IMG/VR virus record: IMGVR_UViG_2795385649_000011
Strand: one strand, 5' to 3'
Length of the DNA stretch: 64,000 nucleotides
From: a virus
Taxonomy: Duplodnaviria > Heunggongvirae > Uroviricota > Caudoviricetes
Positions within the stretch are counted from its first letter, which is position 1; each line of letters opens with the position of its first letter. Positions 18,979 through 27,294 of this stretch are shown here, one piece after another. Made by a program: the position numbers and the translations under genes. The notes below the pieces were generated by a model. The model saw only the letters and a program-made list of their open reading frames with translations. It was not told where the DNA came from and ran no database searches.

Positions 18979-19619
18979 CGAGCTACCCCACGAACATGAC
19001 CCTGCGCCCGATCACCGCCTGGCCGCACCAGCTCACCGAGGAACGGCGCCGTTCCAACTTCTCCGCGCAGTGGAGCGAAACCCTCAACCTGCTCGACCGG
19101 GAACTCTGGCACCTCGGGAACGGCCAGCGGAACGCGCCAGCCGTCCTCCAGATCGCGATGCGTGAGCAAGACTTCCGCGTGGACGGGATGCCCCGCGCCA
19201 CAGCCAAACCCGAGCACCCCGGCGTCATCCTGAACGTCGAATCCCGCACAGGGCCACTGTCGTTCCCCTGCGACACCTTCACCAACTGGCAGGACAACCT
19301 CCGCGCCATCGCCCTCGCGCTCGAAGCGCTCCGCAAGGTGGACCGTTACGGCGTCACCCAAACCGGGCAGCAGTACGCCGGGTGGAAGCAACTCCCTTCC
19401 GCAGGAGCTCCAGCCCCCGGAGGCCAATCCGCCGATGACGCTGAACTCCACCTCCGGCTTGCCGCTGGCGACAAAAATTCGCCGCTCGACAAGGTCTACC
19501 GAGCCGCACGAGCTAGAGCCCACCCGGACCGCAACAGCGGGGATCGCTCCGCGTGGGACTCCGTTGAGGCCGCCGCTGCCGTGCTCCGCGCCTTCGGGCG
19601 CCTCCAGGACCAGCGGTGA
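18975..19619 (+). CDS. J-domain (DnaJ-like) protein
   Basis: C-terminal YRAARARAHPDRNSGD carries the HPD tripeptide of J domains; overlaps the initiator gene end. Confidence 0.5.
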   Translation: MTSYPTNMTLRPITAWPHQLTEERRRSNFSAQWSETLNLLDRELWHLGNGQRNAPAVLQIAMREQDFRVDGMPRATAKPEHPGVILNVESRTGPLSFPCDTFTNWQDNLRAIALALEALRKVDRYGVTQTGQQYAGWKQLPSAGAPAPGGQSADDAELHLRLAAGDKNSPLDKVYRAARARAHPDRNSGDRSAWDSVEAAAAVLRAFGRLQDQR

Positions 19620-19792
19620 ACGTCCGCGACGAGGTCTGCGCCGGCAGCGGCAAGGTCCCGCTCACCCGACCGCGCGAAGGCCGCGCCTACTGCCCCACCT
19701 GCCAGCGCTCGTACCGCATCCGCCGCGACGGCGTGATGCCACTCCACCAGAAGCAACGACCCAACCAACCAGCAGCCAAGGAGAACCGATGA
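19616..19792 (+). CDS. Small zinc-ribbon protein (58 aa)
   Basis: GTGA overlap; CAGSG...CPTCQRS. Confidence 0.35.
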   Translation: MNVRDEVCAGSGKVPLTRPREGRAYCPTCQRSYRIRRDGVMPLHQKQRPNQPAAKENR

Positions 19793-20403
19793 GCACCACC
19801 ACAGGACCGAACAACCACCGATGGCTGCGGAAGTGGCTCCGGCTGGAACCCCACCAGCCCATCGGCGCCGAAGGCGAACCCACGTACCTGCTGCGCTGGT
19901 ACGTGATCCCGAGGAACCGCTGGCTGAACGTCTACCTCCACAAGTTCCTACGCGACGACGAAGACCGCGCCCTACACGATCACCCGTGGTGGTTCGTTTC
20001 TATCGTCCTGCGGGGCAGCTACACCGAAATGACACCCACCGGTGAACGCCGCCGCCGCGCCGGTTCCGTCGCGTTCCGCCCGGCCAAGTGGAGGCACCGG
20101 GTCATCCTCGACAAGACCCTCCAGGAAGTCGGCGAGCTCGAAGCGGACGGGCAGAGGCCACCGCGCGTGCGCCTATGGAACACCGGGCGCACCCCCTGCT
20201 GGACCCTGATCATCACCGGGCGCCGGAGACGCCTATGGGGATTCTGGTGCCGTCGAACGGTTGACACATGGTCAGCGGAAACCTACGACGATCTGGACAG
20301 GATCGTCGCCTCCACTGACGGTCAGGTCGAGGTCGAACGCTTCATCCCGTGGGATGAGTTCGGGGCCGCCGGTTGCGGTGAACCGGTCAGGAGCGACCGA
20401 TGA
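19789..20403 (+). CDS. Hypothetical protein
   Basis: ATG 19789 in frame with track ORF 19435..20403; upstream extension Arg/Pro-rich. Confidence 0.4.
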   Translation: MSTTTGPNNHRWLRKWLRLEPHQPIGAEGEPTYLLRWYVIPRNRWLNVYLHKFLRDDEDRALHDHPWWFVSIVLRGSYTEMTPTGERRRRAGSVAFRPAKWRHRVILDKTLQEVGELEADGQRPPRVRLWNTGRTPCWTLIITGRRRRLWGFWCRRTVDTWSAETYDDLDRIVASTDGQVEVERFIPWDEFGAAGCGEPVRSDR

Positions 20404-20633
20404 CCCAGCCGACCCACGAAGGCGCCAGCGCCACGCCGGAGGCCATACAAACCGCCTTCCAGGAAGGGATCGACCTCGGGTTGCGACTGGCGCGCTTGTG
20501 CCTCTCCGATGCGGCCGACTACGAGGAGACCGCCGAGGACGGCGGCCCGGTCATCGCCGACCGGATGCGCAAGTACGTGACCGTCCTCTCCTCGATGCCC
20601 ATAACCTATCCGCCGTACGCCGGGGCGCAATGA
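20400..20633 (+). CDS. Hypothetical protein
   Basis: 77 aa ORF. Confidence 0.35.
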   Translation: MTQPTHEGASATPEAIQTAFQEGIDLGLRLARLCLSDAADYEETAEDGGPVIADRMRKYVTVLSSMPITYPPYAGAQ

Positions 20634-21040
20634 TGGTGGAACGGTTGTCGGAGGCTCGGATTCAGGCGCTCATTGCCTCAGAGCTACCAGATCTGAACGG
20701 GCAGTTCCAAGGCCATCGAACCGGATGCCAGTGCGCCGCACACTATGACGGACCATGCCCGAACGCCGCCGTCTACGTGATTGAGGCCCACGCGACCGAT
20801 GAATGCAAGGACGACGGCGTCAACGAGTTCGGCAACTGGGTGATCTTCATGTGCCATGAATGCGCTACCCAGATGGTCATCAAGATCTGCATGGACGTAG
20901 CTTCACGCGGCCTCCACGCGATTCTCTCCGGCCGAGGTGAATCCCTGCGCTGCGAAACATGTGAAGCGCCGATAAGGAACCACCGGGACATCTTGCGTTC
21001 GGTACGCCCGTACGAGGAGGTGTTCCCCGATGGGGCGTGA
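20630..21040 (+). CDS. Hypothetical Cys/His-rich protein
   Basis: GCQCAAHYDGPCPN...CHECA...CETC. Confidence 0.4.
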   Translation: MMVERLSEARIQALIASELPDLNGQFQGHRTGCQCAAHYDGPCPNAAVYVIEAHATDECKDDGVNEFGNWVIFMCHECATQMVIKICMDVASRGLHAILSGRGESLRCETCEAPIRNHRDILRSVRPYEEVFPDGA

Positions 21041-21263
21041 CTGGACACCAGAACAACTAGAACGCTGGCGGATACGGAAATCCTTGAAGGGTGAGCGCCC
21101 GCCGTGGCCTGAGCTGCCCCCACTACCCGGTGTCATTCCGACGCCACGTTGGTGGGTATGGCGGCCCGGCCAGCTGAAACCCATGGCCGCGTTCGATTCC
21201 CAGCCTGACGCACTCGGCTGCGTCTACGACATCCTAGCGATAGAGAGCAGGAGAAAGACGTGA
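21030..21263 (+). CDS. Hypothetical protein
   Basis: 77 aa ORF. Confidence 0.35.
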   Translation: MGRDWTPEQLERWRIRKSLKGERPPWPELPPLPGVIPTPRWWVWRPGQLKPMAAFDSQPDALGCVYDILAIESRRKT

Positions 21264-22162
21264 CCGCAATGGTATTGGTCGCACTCATCGCCTTGGCGCT
21301 GGTCGTGTTGTGCAACGTTGCATGGCTCCTCGTCTGGAGCCGGAGGCGCGACCATTCTGGCCCGAGCCGGGTTCAGGTGGCTGGCGACAACTCCACACAG
21401 ATATCCGGCACCAACATCACCATCACTGCCGTGAACGGCTCCCTTGCCGCCCACACCATCGACGGCGCCGTCACGATCGGTCAAGGGCAGGCTTCGACAT
21501 CTCCGCTCCGGGCTGGAATCACGCGGGATGGCCGGTGCTGGGAACAGGCACCCGCATGTGCGTGTGGTTCAGAAGCGTGCCGTGGGCATCCGTCAACGAT
21601 TCAGCCTGCCCTCGTTACCAATTTGTACGCCAAGAGTCTCCAGGAGGCTCTCGCCCGAGGCCCGAACGGGCTCGCCAAATCTGACACGATTCGCCCCCAA
21701 ACACCATGGGAACGGCAGCTCGCGGAACAGCAGGAAGGCGCCCCGCACTTGGATGACCGCCCCGAACTGGCGGCCATCCTCGCTGGCCTGTACCGAGTCC
21801 AAAGTATCGCGGCCACTTTGAAGATGGGACCAGCCGTCCAGCACGTAGGTGAGCTTCCTGCTGGACTGACCTTGAAAGACAAGAACACCTTGTTCTACGA
21901 CGAGACTGGGCGGTGCGGATACCTCTGGACCGGTACACGTTTCGTTATCGAGGGTGCCGAGGCCATCCCGGAGCAACCAGCACCACCCGAGTTCCTACTC
22001 GGCTACGCCAGCCCAATCCCGGTACGTGAGTTCAAAGCCACTTGCAGCTGCCCTCGCTGTGGCTGGGTGGATGCCCACTACCTCCACACCATAGACCTGC
22101 CCGAAGGCGCCGCCATCGGCCGCGAATGCACCAACTGCAAAATGCAGTGGGGTGAGAAATGA
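21260..22162 (+). CDS. Membrane-anchored hypothetical protein
   Basis: N-terminal TM helix MVLVALIALALVVLCNVAWLLVW; C-terminal Cys pairs. Confidence 0.45.
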   Translation: MTAMVLVALIALALVVLCNVAWLLVWSRRRDHSGPSRVQVAGDNSTQISGTNITITAVNGSLAAHTIDGAVTIGQGQASTSPLRAGITRDGRCWEQAPACACGSEACRGHPSTIQPALVTNLYAKSLQEALARGPNGLAKSDTIRPQTPWERQLAEQQEGAPHLDDRPELAAILAGLYRVQSIAATLKMGPAVQHVGELPAGLTLKDKNTLFYDETGRCGYLWTGTRFVIEGAEAIPEQPAPPEFLLGYASPIPVREFKATCSCPRCGWVDAHYLHTIDLPEGAAIGRECTNCKMQWGEK

Positions 22163-22599
22163 TCGCCCACACCCCGGATTCAATCTGGCTGGAACGCAAC
22201 GGGAAACGGTGGCCTATATCTTTCAACCTCTTCTATCAGAAGGATGAACTACCGACTCTCGTCCTGATCGACACCCTCCACCCCGGAGATCGGATAGAGC
22301 TACCAGGCATCACCACAGAGAGGCCCGCTTGGGTCGATGTTGGAGTTTGGCCCCCTGGTGCTCGTGAGGGTGACAGCGGATGGTTCATAAGAAAGACGCG
22401 TCCATATCGAATCCCGATGGTGTTCAACTCGTTTGACACCTGCCCCGCCTGCGCGACGGAAACAGTCCACCTCATCGAGGTGCCCGAACTCGAAAGATTC
22501 TGCGACACCGGCTGGGGCTGGGGCGGATACCCGGTGCGCCGGTATCTCCTTCGCACCTGCATCACCTGTGCTAATTCATGGGAACAGGAGGCCACGTGA
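22159..22599 (+). CDS. Hypothetical protein with C-terminal zinc ribbon
   Basis: CPACATE...CITCANS. Confidence 0.4.
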   Translation: MIAHTPDSIWLERNGKRWPISFNLFYQKDELPTLVLIDTLHPGDRIELPGITTERPAWVDVGVWPPGAREGDSGWFIRKTRPYRIPMVFNSFDTCPACATETVHLIEVPELERFCDTGWGWGGYPVRRYLLRTCITCANSWEQEAT

Positions 22600-22820
22600 G
22601 CCTTTCAGTCGATCTCACGGTAAACGGGCTACTAGTCGGTCACGTGGAAGTCAATTGCGTTGAGTGGAGCGATTACACGGACACCCGAGGCTACGAATAC
22701 TCCGTGACTAGCAGCGACCGAGCGGAACCGGCATCGGGGAGGGTCGATCACTACCACCGCGACGGGGCGCTCGCGCTCGTGCATAAGGTGCTCGCCGACT
22801 ACCTCGGGGTGAGTAAATGA
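22596..22820 (+). CDS. Hypothetical protein
   Basis: GTGA overlap start; 74 aa. Confidence 0.35.
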   Translation: MSLSVDLTVNGLLVGHVEVNCVEWSDYTDTRGYEYSVTSSDRAEPASGRVDHYHRDGALALVHKVLADYLGVSK

Positions 22821-23197
22821 GCCCACAACGTATCCAGCGGAAACGAGTCAAGGGCTGGCGCAAACCAGAGGGCGCCATCTGCGTCACCCGGCCCGGACGC
22901 TGGGGCAACCCGTTCAAGGTCATATCCGCCGGAACAGAGCCCGGCCTATTCAGCCGACGCCGCGAACGGGTCTGGACCGTCGAGGGTCCCGGAACGTTTT
23001 TCCAGGGCACCGGGACACGTGAATGGGCAGCCGCCTACGCGGTGCGGCTTTACCGTCGCTGGCTTCTCGGCTCGATGAAGCGCGTAGAGGACCTAGTCCC
23101 GCTGCTACGCGGACACGACCTGTGCTGCTACTGCCCGCTCGACCAACCCTGCCATGCCGATGTCCTCCTTGAACTTGCGAACGGAGACCCCGAGTGA
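22817..23197 (+). CDS. DUF4326-family protein
   Basis: RPGRWGNPF and CYCPLDQPCHADVLLELAN motifs. Confidence 0.5.
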   Translation: MSPQRIQRKRVKGWRKPEGAICVTRPGRWGNPFKVISAGTEPGLFSRRRERVWTVEGPGTFFQGTGTREWAAAYAVRLYRRWLLGSMKRVEDLVPLLRGHDLCCYCPLDQPCHADVLLELANGDPE

Positions 23198-24195
23198 CAC
23201 AACGCGACCCGTACCGCTGCGCTTTCGAGGCCCGCTGCACCCGCCGCGAACTCCTCGATGACGAGCATGTCGGCGCGCAAATCGCAGACGGCGTGGTCTG
23301 CGACGGGTGCCTCACAAAACTCCGCTACGCGGTGAAAGGCATGCCCGCCGACTGGGAACGGCTCCACCACGGGATGGGGGAGAGGTTCATCGCCGGAGGC
23401 GCCAAGGTATCCGGCACCCACGAACACGCCCTCGTCATCAACGAGCACCGCGAAGCCCTCCAGGCCCACATCGTTGACCTCGCCGACCGCGCCGCCGAGA
23501 TGGTCGAAACCGCGATGAACATCAACGGCCGGCAGCGGCACGGCCGGAGAGGATTCCCCGCCCACGACAAGGCGACCGTCGTGCACGCCGTGAAAATCCT
23601 GGAGCCCAATCTCGATGTGCTGCTGGCCCAAAAAGAGCAGGACATGCTCGTGTGGGGCCGAATACCTGACGGCGATGAAGGCTGGCACCCCCAGAACGGA
23701 CAACCACGGGAACTCCAATCCTTCGACGGCGTGGACATCGCGACGCAGATCGTTCACGCATCCAGGCTCGTCTACCAGGAACTTGGCCGCGCCGCGCTCC
23801 GGCACTCAGACCCTATGCCGTGCCCGGCGGTCAATCACAAAGGCGAGCAATGCGGCGCCTACACCGTTGGCCGCTGGGACGGCACCGCCGAATACGACTG
23901 CACCACATGCGGTGCCCGCTGGCCTGAGCGCGAGTACCAGTGGCTCCAAGGACTAGTAATTGACCTGATCAAAGAACAAGAGGAGACAGACTTGTTGAAA
24001 TTCCTTCTCGCCGAGGCATATTCGAGGCTTGATGAGATATCTGCCCTCGTCAAGAAGGCAGAGAGCGACCCGGCTGTCGATCTGCCCGGCGCGGGCCGCG
24101 TCGTCGCGGAAAGCATCCAGAGTGTCCTCAACAACGGCCTAATCCCACACCAAACCCCGAAGGAACGCCAAACAGTGAAAGGCCCCAAGAAGTGA
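23194..24195 (+). CDS. Hypothetical protein (333 aa)
   Basis: Long ORF with overlap coupling and several Cys pairs. Confidence 0.45.
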   Translation: MTQRDPYRCAFEARCTRRELLDDEHVGAQIADGVVCDGCLTKLRYAVKGMPADWERLHHGMGERFIAGGAKVSGTHEHALVINEHREALQAHIVDLADRAAEMVETAMNINGRQRHGRRGFPAHDKATVVHAVKILEPNLDVLLAQKEQDMLVWGRIPDGDEGWHPQNGQPRELQSFDGVDIATQIVHASRLVYQELGRAALRHSDPMPCPAVNHKGEQCGAYTVGRWDGTAEYDCTTCGARWPEREYQWLQGLVIDLIKEQEETDLLKFLLAEAYSRLDEISALVKKAESDPAVDLPGAGRVVAESIQSVLNNGLIPHQTPKERQTVKGPKK

Positions 24196-24389
24196 GCATC
24201 GAAAGCCTCAGCTTCCATGACCCGGAGACGGGACGCTGGGTGACAGCAAAACTCAAGAGTGCCAAGATGATTGAAGGCGTGTTGGAGCTCAACTTCGGAA
24301 TGCCCTACGACATCGAGGGGCAAGCTGTACCGGCCACTCCAGCACTGGAATCCGCGCTCGTTGAGCCGAAGGTGGCGGAATCCCGTTGA
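24192..24389 (+). CDS. Hypothetical small protein
   Basis: 65 aa ORF. Confidence 0.35.
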   Translation: MSIESLSFHDPETGRWVTAKLKSAKMIEGVLELNFGMPYDIEGQAVPATPALESALVEPKVAESR

Positions 24390-24808
24390 CCAACCCGAAC
24401 GTCCACCGGTACCGGGGGGACTCACCGGTAGAGCTGACCCGGCGCGTCGCCCTCTCGTATCGGCGCCTCGCCGAACAACTCACTGAGGTGCTCGCCGAGC
24501 ATCTACCACCCGACCACCGCGCGCTTGAGGCGGTCGCCGACCTCGACCGCTACTGGCAGGACGACAGCCAAGGCAACCAGCTGTGGGTGGTGCCTCAGCT
24601 TGCCCCGCCCGCCGAGGACGACCTACTTACCACGTCCGAAGTGGCCGCTCACGCCTATGTCTCACCCGCCGCCGTGCGTATGTGGAACAGCCGCGCCAAG
24701 CAAGGCCTCGACGGTGTCCGAGCCATCGACACCCCAGACGGCCCCCGCTTCCGGTGGGGAGACGTACTCGAATACAAAAAGCGCCGCCGCGCAAGGAGAT
24801 CCCGTTGA
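24386..24808 (+). CDS. Excisionase / MerR-like HTH DNA-binding protein
   Basis: LLTTSEVAAHAYVSPAAVRMWNSR HTH_17-like segment. Confidence 0.45.
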   Translation: MTNPNVHRYRGDSPVELTRRVALSYRRLAEQLTEVLAEHLPPDHRALEAVADLDRYWQDDSQGNQLWVVPQLAPPAEDDLLTTSEVAAHAYVSPAAVRMWNSRAKQGLDGVRAIDTPDGPRFRWGDVLEYKKRRRARRSR

Positions 24809-25646
24809 ACACCCGCAACCCAGAGCAAGACGTGATCGACGCTATCGGCGATCTGGTTGATGAGCAGCTGTCCGGCTACAGCCAGCGAAGCGGATACGAC
24901 TACAACGTCAACCAGGACAAGTGCGCGGTGTGCGGCCGCGAATGGCACGGCCTCGCATTGGGCGGCTGCCCCGGACCATACGGAACACCCGAGCAGAAGA
25001 CGGCCTACCGGAACACGGGCAACCCGTCCTACGGTCAGCGCCGAAACCAACAGGGGATCGGGATGTACCAGACATCAGCGCCCACGATGTTCCAAGTTGA
25101 CGTGGTTCCCGATGTTGACGTGGTCCCACCGGAACCAGCGTGGGGCAGCACTACACGTCGGGCGATCCGCACCATCCGGGTGGGTGGCCGCCCCACACCC
25201 CAGAGGCAACCTGGACCAAGGGTGACCCCACGCCAGGTTGGGAGCATGTCAACCGTGGTCCCGACAAGCCCTGGATGGGCTTCCAGGAGCAGATCACGGG
25301 TATCGAACGAACACCTGACGGACGCATCCCCGAGTACGTCATGACCAACCCCGAGACCGGCGAGGTGGTCAGATTCGACAGCGGACCCATCGAACGGGGC
25401 AATCAGCAGGTGTTCCTAGACGCAAAGCACAACTACACGCCCCTGATCAAGAGTCCAGATGCGCCGTGGACTGAGAACATCCAGAACGAGCTCGTCAGAG
25501 AGGCTCAGCGACAGATACGCGTCCTGCCCCCTGAGACTGGCCTTGAGTGGCACGTCGCTAACCCACAGAGCGCAGCGATAATTCGGAATCTGCTAGAGGG
25601 CCGCGGTCTCGACGTTGACGTGATCTACACCCCGGAGAAGCCATGA
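24805..25646 (+). pseudogene. Two-frame (frameshifted) gene for a putative toxin-like protein; the frameshift lies inside an 18-bp tandem repeat
   Basis: Frame-1 segment 24805-25115 (no ATG; TTG overlapping the upstream TGA) and frame-3 segment 25119-25646 both look protein-like. One missing T in the second copy of GTTGACGTGGT(T)CCC joins them into a single ~280 aa reading frame. Confidence 0.4.
25096..25131. repeat. Tandem 18-bp duplication (GTTGACGTGGTTCCCGAT / GTTGACGTGGTCCCACCG) encoding VDVVPD VDVVP
   Basis: Two adjacent near-identical copies; the second lacks one T relative to the first. Confidence 0.6.
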
Positions 25647-26392
25647 CCGTAGAATTCGATGCTGTGAACGGGCCAACCAACGCGTCTCCCGTCTGGGCGA
25701 GAGAGTCGTTCGTGAACGCGTTCTGGGTCGCGACCGGCGAATCACCCGAATGGATCGCGGCGCGCACCGATGCGCTGCTGACGCAGCTAGGAACGGATCT
25801 GGGAATCGCGCAGTGGGACATCCCGAAGGGGCACCACTGGGAGACTTGGGCTGGGCCCAGCGAGGCATTGGCCGACATCGTTCGGAGCTGCCCGGTGCGC
25901 GAAGCACTCCCTGACGGCGCCAGCGGCGATGCTCTCCCCAGGGAGGGGTACTCGATCGTCCTGAAGGGCGTCGGTCCTGCCATCACTGCCAAGGTCTTCA
26001 TCGGTGCGGGGTCTATCGGTCTCGGCGGGAGACTGCCGGCGCACAACCTCCACATCGACCTGACCGAGACCGCGCCGGGCGGCGTCTCTAGCGAGGTTGG
26101 CGACAAGGTGTGCGCCGCTGTGGCTTCAACCTGGCAGCCCGCCACTTTCACCCTCACTGATCTTGCGGCAATGCGCCTTGCTCGGCGCAACAATTGGAAG
26201 ATCGGTGCCGGATACCGCACCTGGATCAGCAAGGAAGTCGGCGAGATTGACCATCTCGTTGACCTTCTCACAAAGACCGAGCTGGCCGGGGGCACCCTGA
26301 TCTCCGCGCCCGACGACTGGCCCGCTACGCGCGTCGTGGAGGCGGTCACCGCGACCCTCCGCGAGAACGGCCTAGACGAAGTACCTCACTGA
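25643..26392 (+). CDS. Hypothetical protein, candidate immunity protein to the upstream toxin-like gene
   Basis: 249 aa ORF, ATGA-coupled to the toxin-like gene and last gene before the non-coding RNA block. The immunity role is inferred from position only. Confidence 0.45.
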   Translation: MTVEFDAVNGPTNASPVWARESFVNAFWVATGESPEWIAARTDALLTQLGTDLGIAQWDIPKGHHWETWAGPSEALADIVRSCPVREALPDGASGDALPREGYSIVLKGVGPAITAKVFIGAGSIGLGGRLPAHNLHIDLTETAPGGVSSEVGDKVCAAVASTWQPATFTLTDLAAMRLARRNNWKIGAGYRTWISKEVGEIDHLVDLLTKTELAGGTLISAPDDWPATRVVEAVTATLRENGLDEVPH

Positions 26393-26550
26393 GCTGGCAC
26401 CGATATTCGGTAGCCAGGTCGAGGGCCTCGACGGCATACTTTCCCCGGTACGGGAGTCACCTTCCAGCGAATCAACATTTCCTCAAAAAATATGCCCTGA
26501 ACAGGCATTACTGAGGTATAGTTCTTGGCGTAGTCAACAAAAACATGGAT

Positions 26551-26722
26551 GGCGTGAGCAGGACGCGAGTCGGTTATCTGAAAATCATCAGATCGCGGGT
26601 TCGAATCCCGCCGGGCTGCTTGAAAGAGCTTCGGGCTTTCATCGGGCGGAACGTGGCAGAGCGGCCGAATGCATTGATCCAAGATCAACGCCGGTAAGCA
26701 CCTCACACGCCCACGCCATCCC
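26551..26722 (+). ncRNA. YrlA-like Y RNA copy 1 (Ro60-binding stem plus an enlarged tRNA-like module containing a type-II tRNA-like D-arm)
   Basis: 5' GGCGTGAGCAGGACGCGAGTCGGTTATC pairs with 3' CCGGTAAGCACCTCACACGCCCACGCC. Internal T-arm GCGGGTTCGAATCCCGC and D-arm-like GTGGCAGAGCGGCCGAATGC, which matches tRNA-Ser at 1181. Confidence 0.5.
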
Positions 26723-26739
26723 GGATACAACTTCACATT

Positions 26740-26878
26740 GATGATGCGAGCAGGACGCAGGTCGGTTACCACTTCTAATGGAGAGGTCGCGGGTTCGAGT
26801 CCCGTCAGCCGCGAAAGTGGTTGTAGCTCAGTCGGTAGAGCGCTTACCCCCGGTCAGCACACACACGCCCGCATCATC
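26740..26878 (+). ncRNA. YrlA-like Y RNA copy 2 (best-formed copy)
   Basis: Terminal stem GATGATGCG/CGCATCATC plus GAGCAGGACGCAGGTCGGTTACC vs CCGGTCAGCACACACACGCCCG; T-arm GCGGGTTCGAGTCCCGT; 7-bp acceptor-like stem CAGCCGC/GTGGTTG closed by GAAA; D-arm TAGCTCAGTCGGTAGAGCG. Confidence 0.6.
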
Positions 26879-26896
26879 CCCAAGGCTTCGTAGTAG

Positions 26897-27044
26897 ATGG
26901 TGTGAGCAGGACGCAGGATCGGTTATCGCATCTGGAGCGGGTGGTCGCTGGTTCAAATCCAGCTGCGGGCGCGTAGTGCGTCCGTATAGCTCAGCTTGGT
27001 AGAGCACCTAAAACACCGGTCAGCAATCACACGCCCGCACCACC
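26897..27044 (+). ncRNA. YrlA-like Y RNA copy 3
   Basis: GATGGTGTGAGCAGGACGCAGGATCGGTTATC vs CCGGTCAGCAATCACACGCCCGCACCACC; T-arm GCTGGTTCAAATCCAGC; acceptor-like stem CGGGCGC/GCGTCCG closed by GTAGT; D-arm TAGCTCAGCTTGGTAGAGCA. Confidence 0.55.
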
Positions 27045-27076
27045 TACGCGAATCATCAATAACTCCATAGCTTTTC

Positions 27077-27202
27077 GATGTGAGCAGGACGCTCGGTCGG
27101 TTATCACTCAATTGGTAATGCAGGTTCGACCCCTGTCGCTCGCGCCTCGGTGCGGGTGTAAAAGCGAAATCCCGGTCAGCACATACACGCCCACATCACC
27201 CC
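27077..27202 (+). ncRNA. YrlA-like Y RNA copy 4 (degenerate tRNA-like module)
   Basis: GATGTGAGCAGGACGCTCGGTCGGTTATC vs CCGGTCAGCACATACACGCCCACATCACC; T-arm GCAGGTTCGACCCCTGT; GC-rich stem CGCTCGCGC/GTGCGGGTG closed by CTCG; no clear D-arm. Confidence 0.45.
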
Positions 27203-27216
27203 GAACCCCCTTTTGG

Positions 27217-27294
27217 CGCGAGCAGGACGACGGTCGGTTACCCCAACCTCGAAACTGGATGAACCCCGGCGGTCACTCACACGCCCGCGCCACC
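27217..27294 (+). ncRNA. Minimal Y RNA-like hairpin copy 5 (Ro-binding stem only, no tRNA-like module)
   Basis: GGCGCGAGCAGGACGACGGTCGGTTACC pairs with CCGGCGGTCACTCACACGCCCGCGCC across a 23-nt loop; it ends 22 nt before the rsr start. Confidence 0.45.

Noticed and set aside
26778-27002. 74-aa plus-strand ORF, and 27112..27297, inside the RNA array
   Set aside because: They lie entirely within structured RNA repeats, with no RBS and atypical composition. Probably non-coding.
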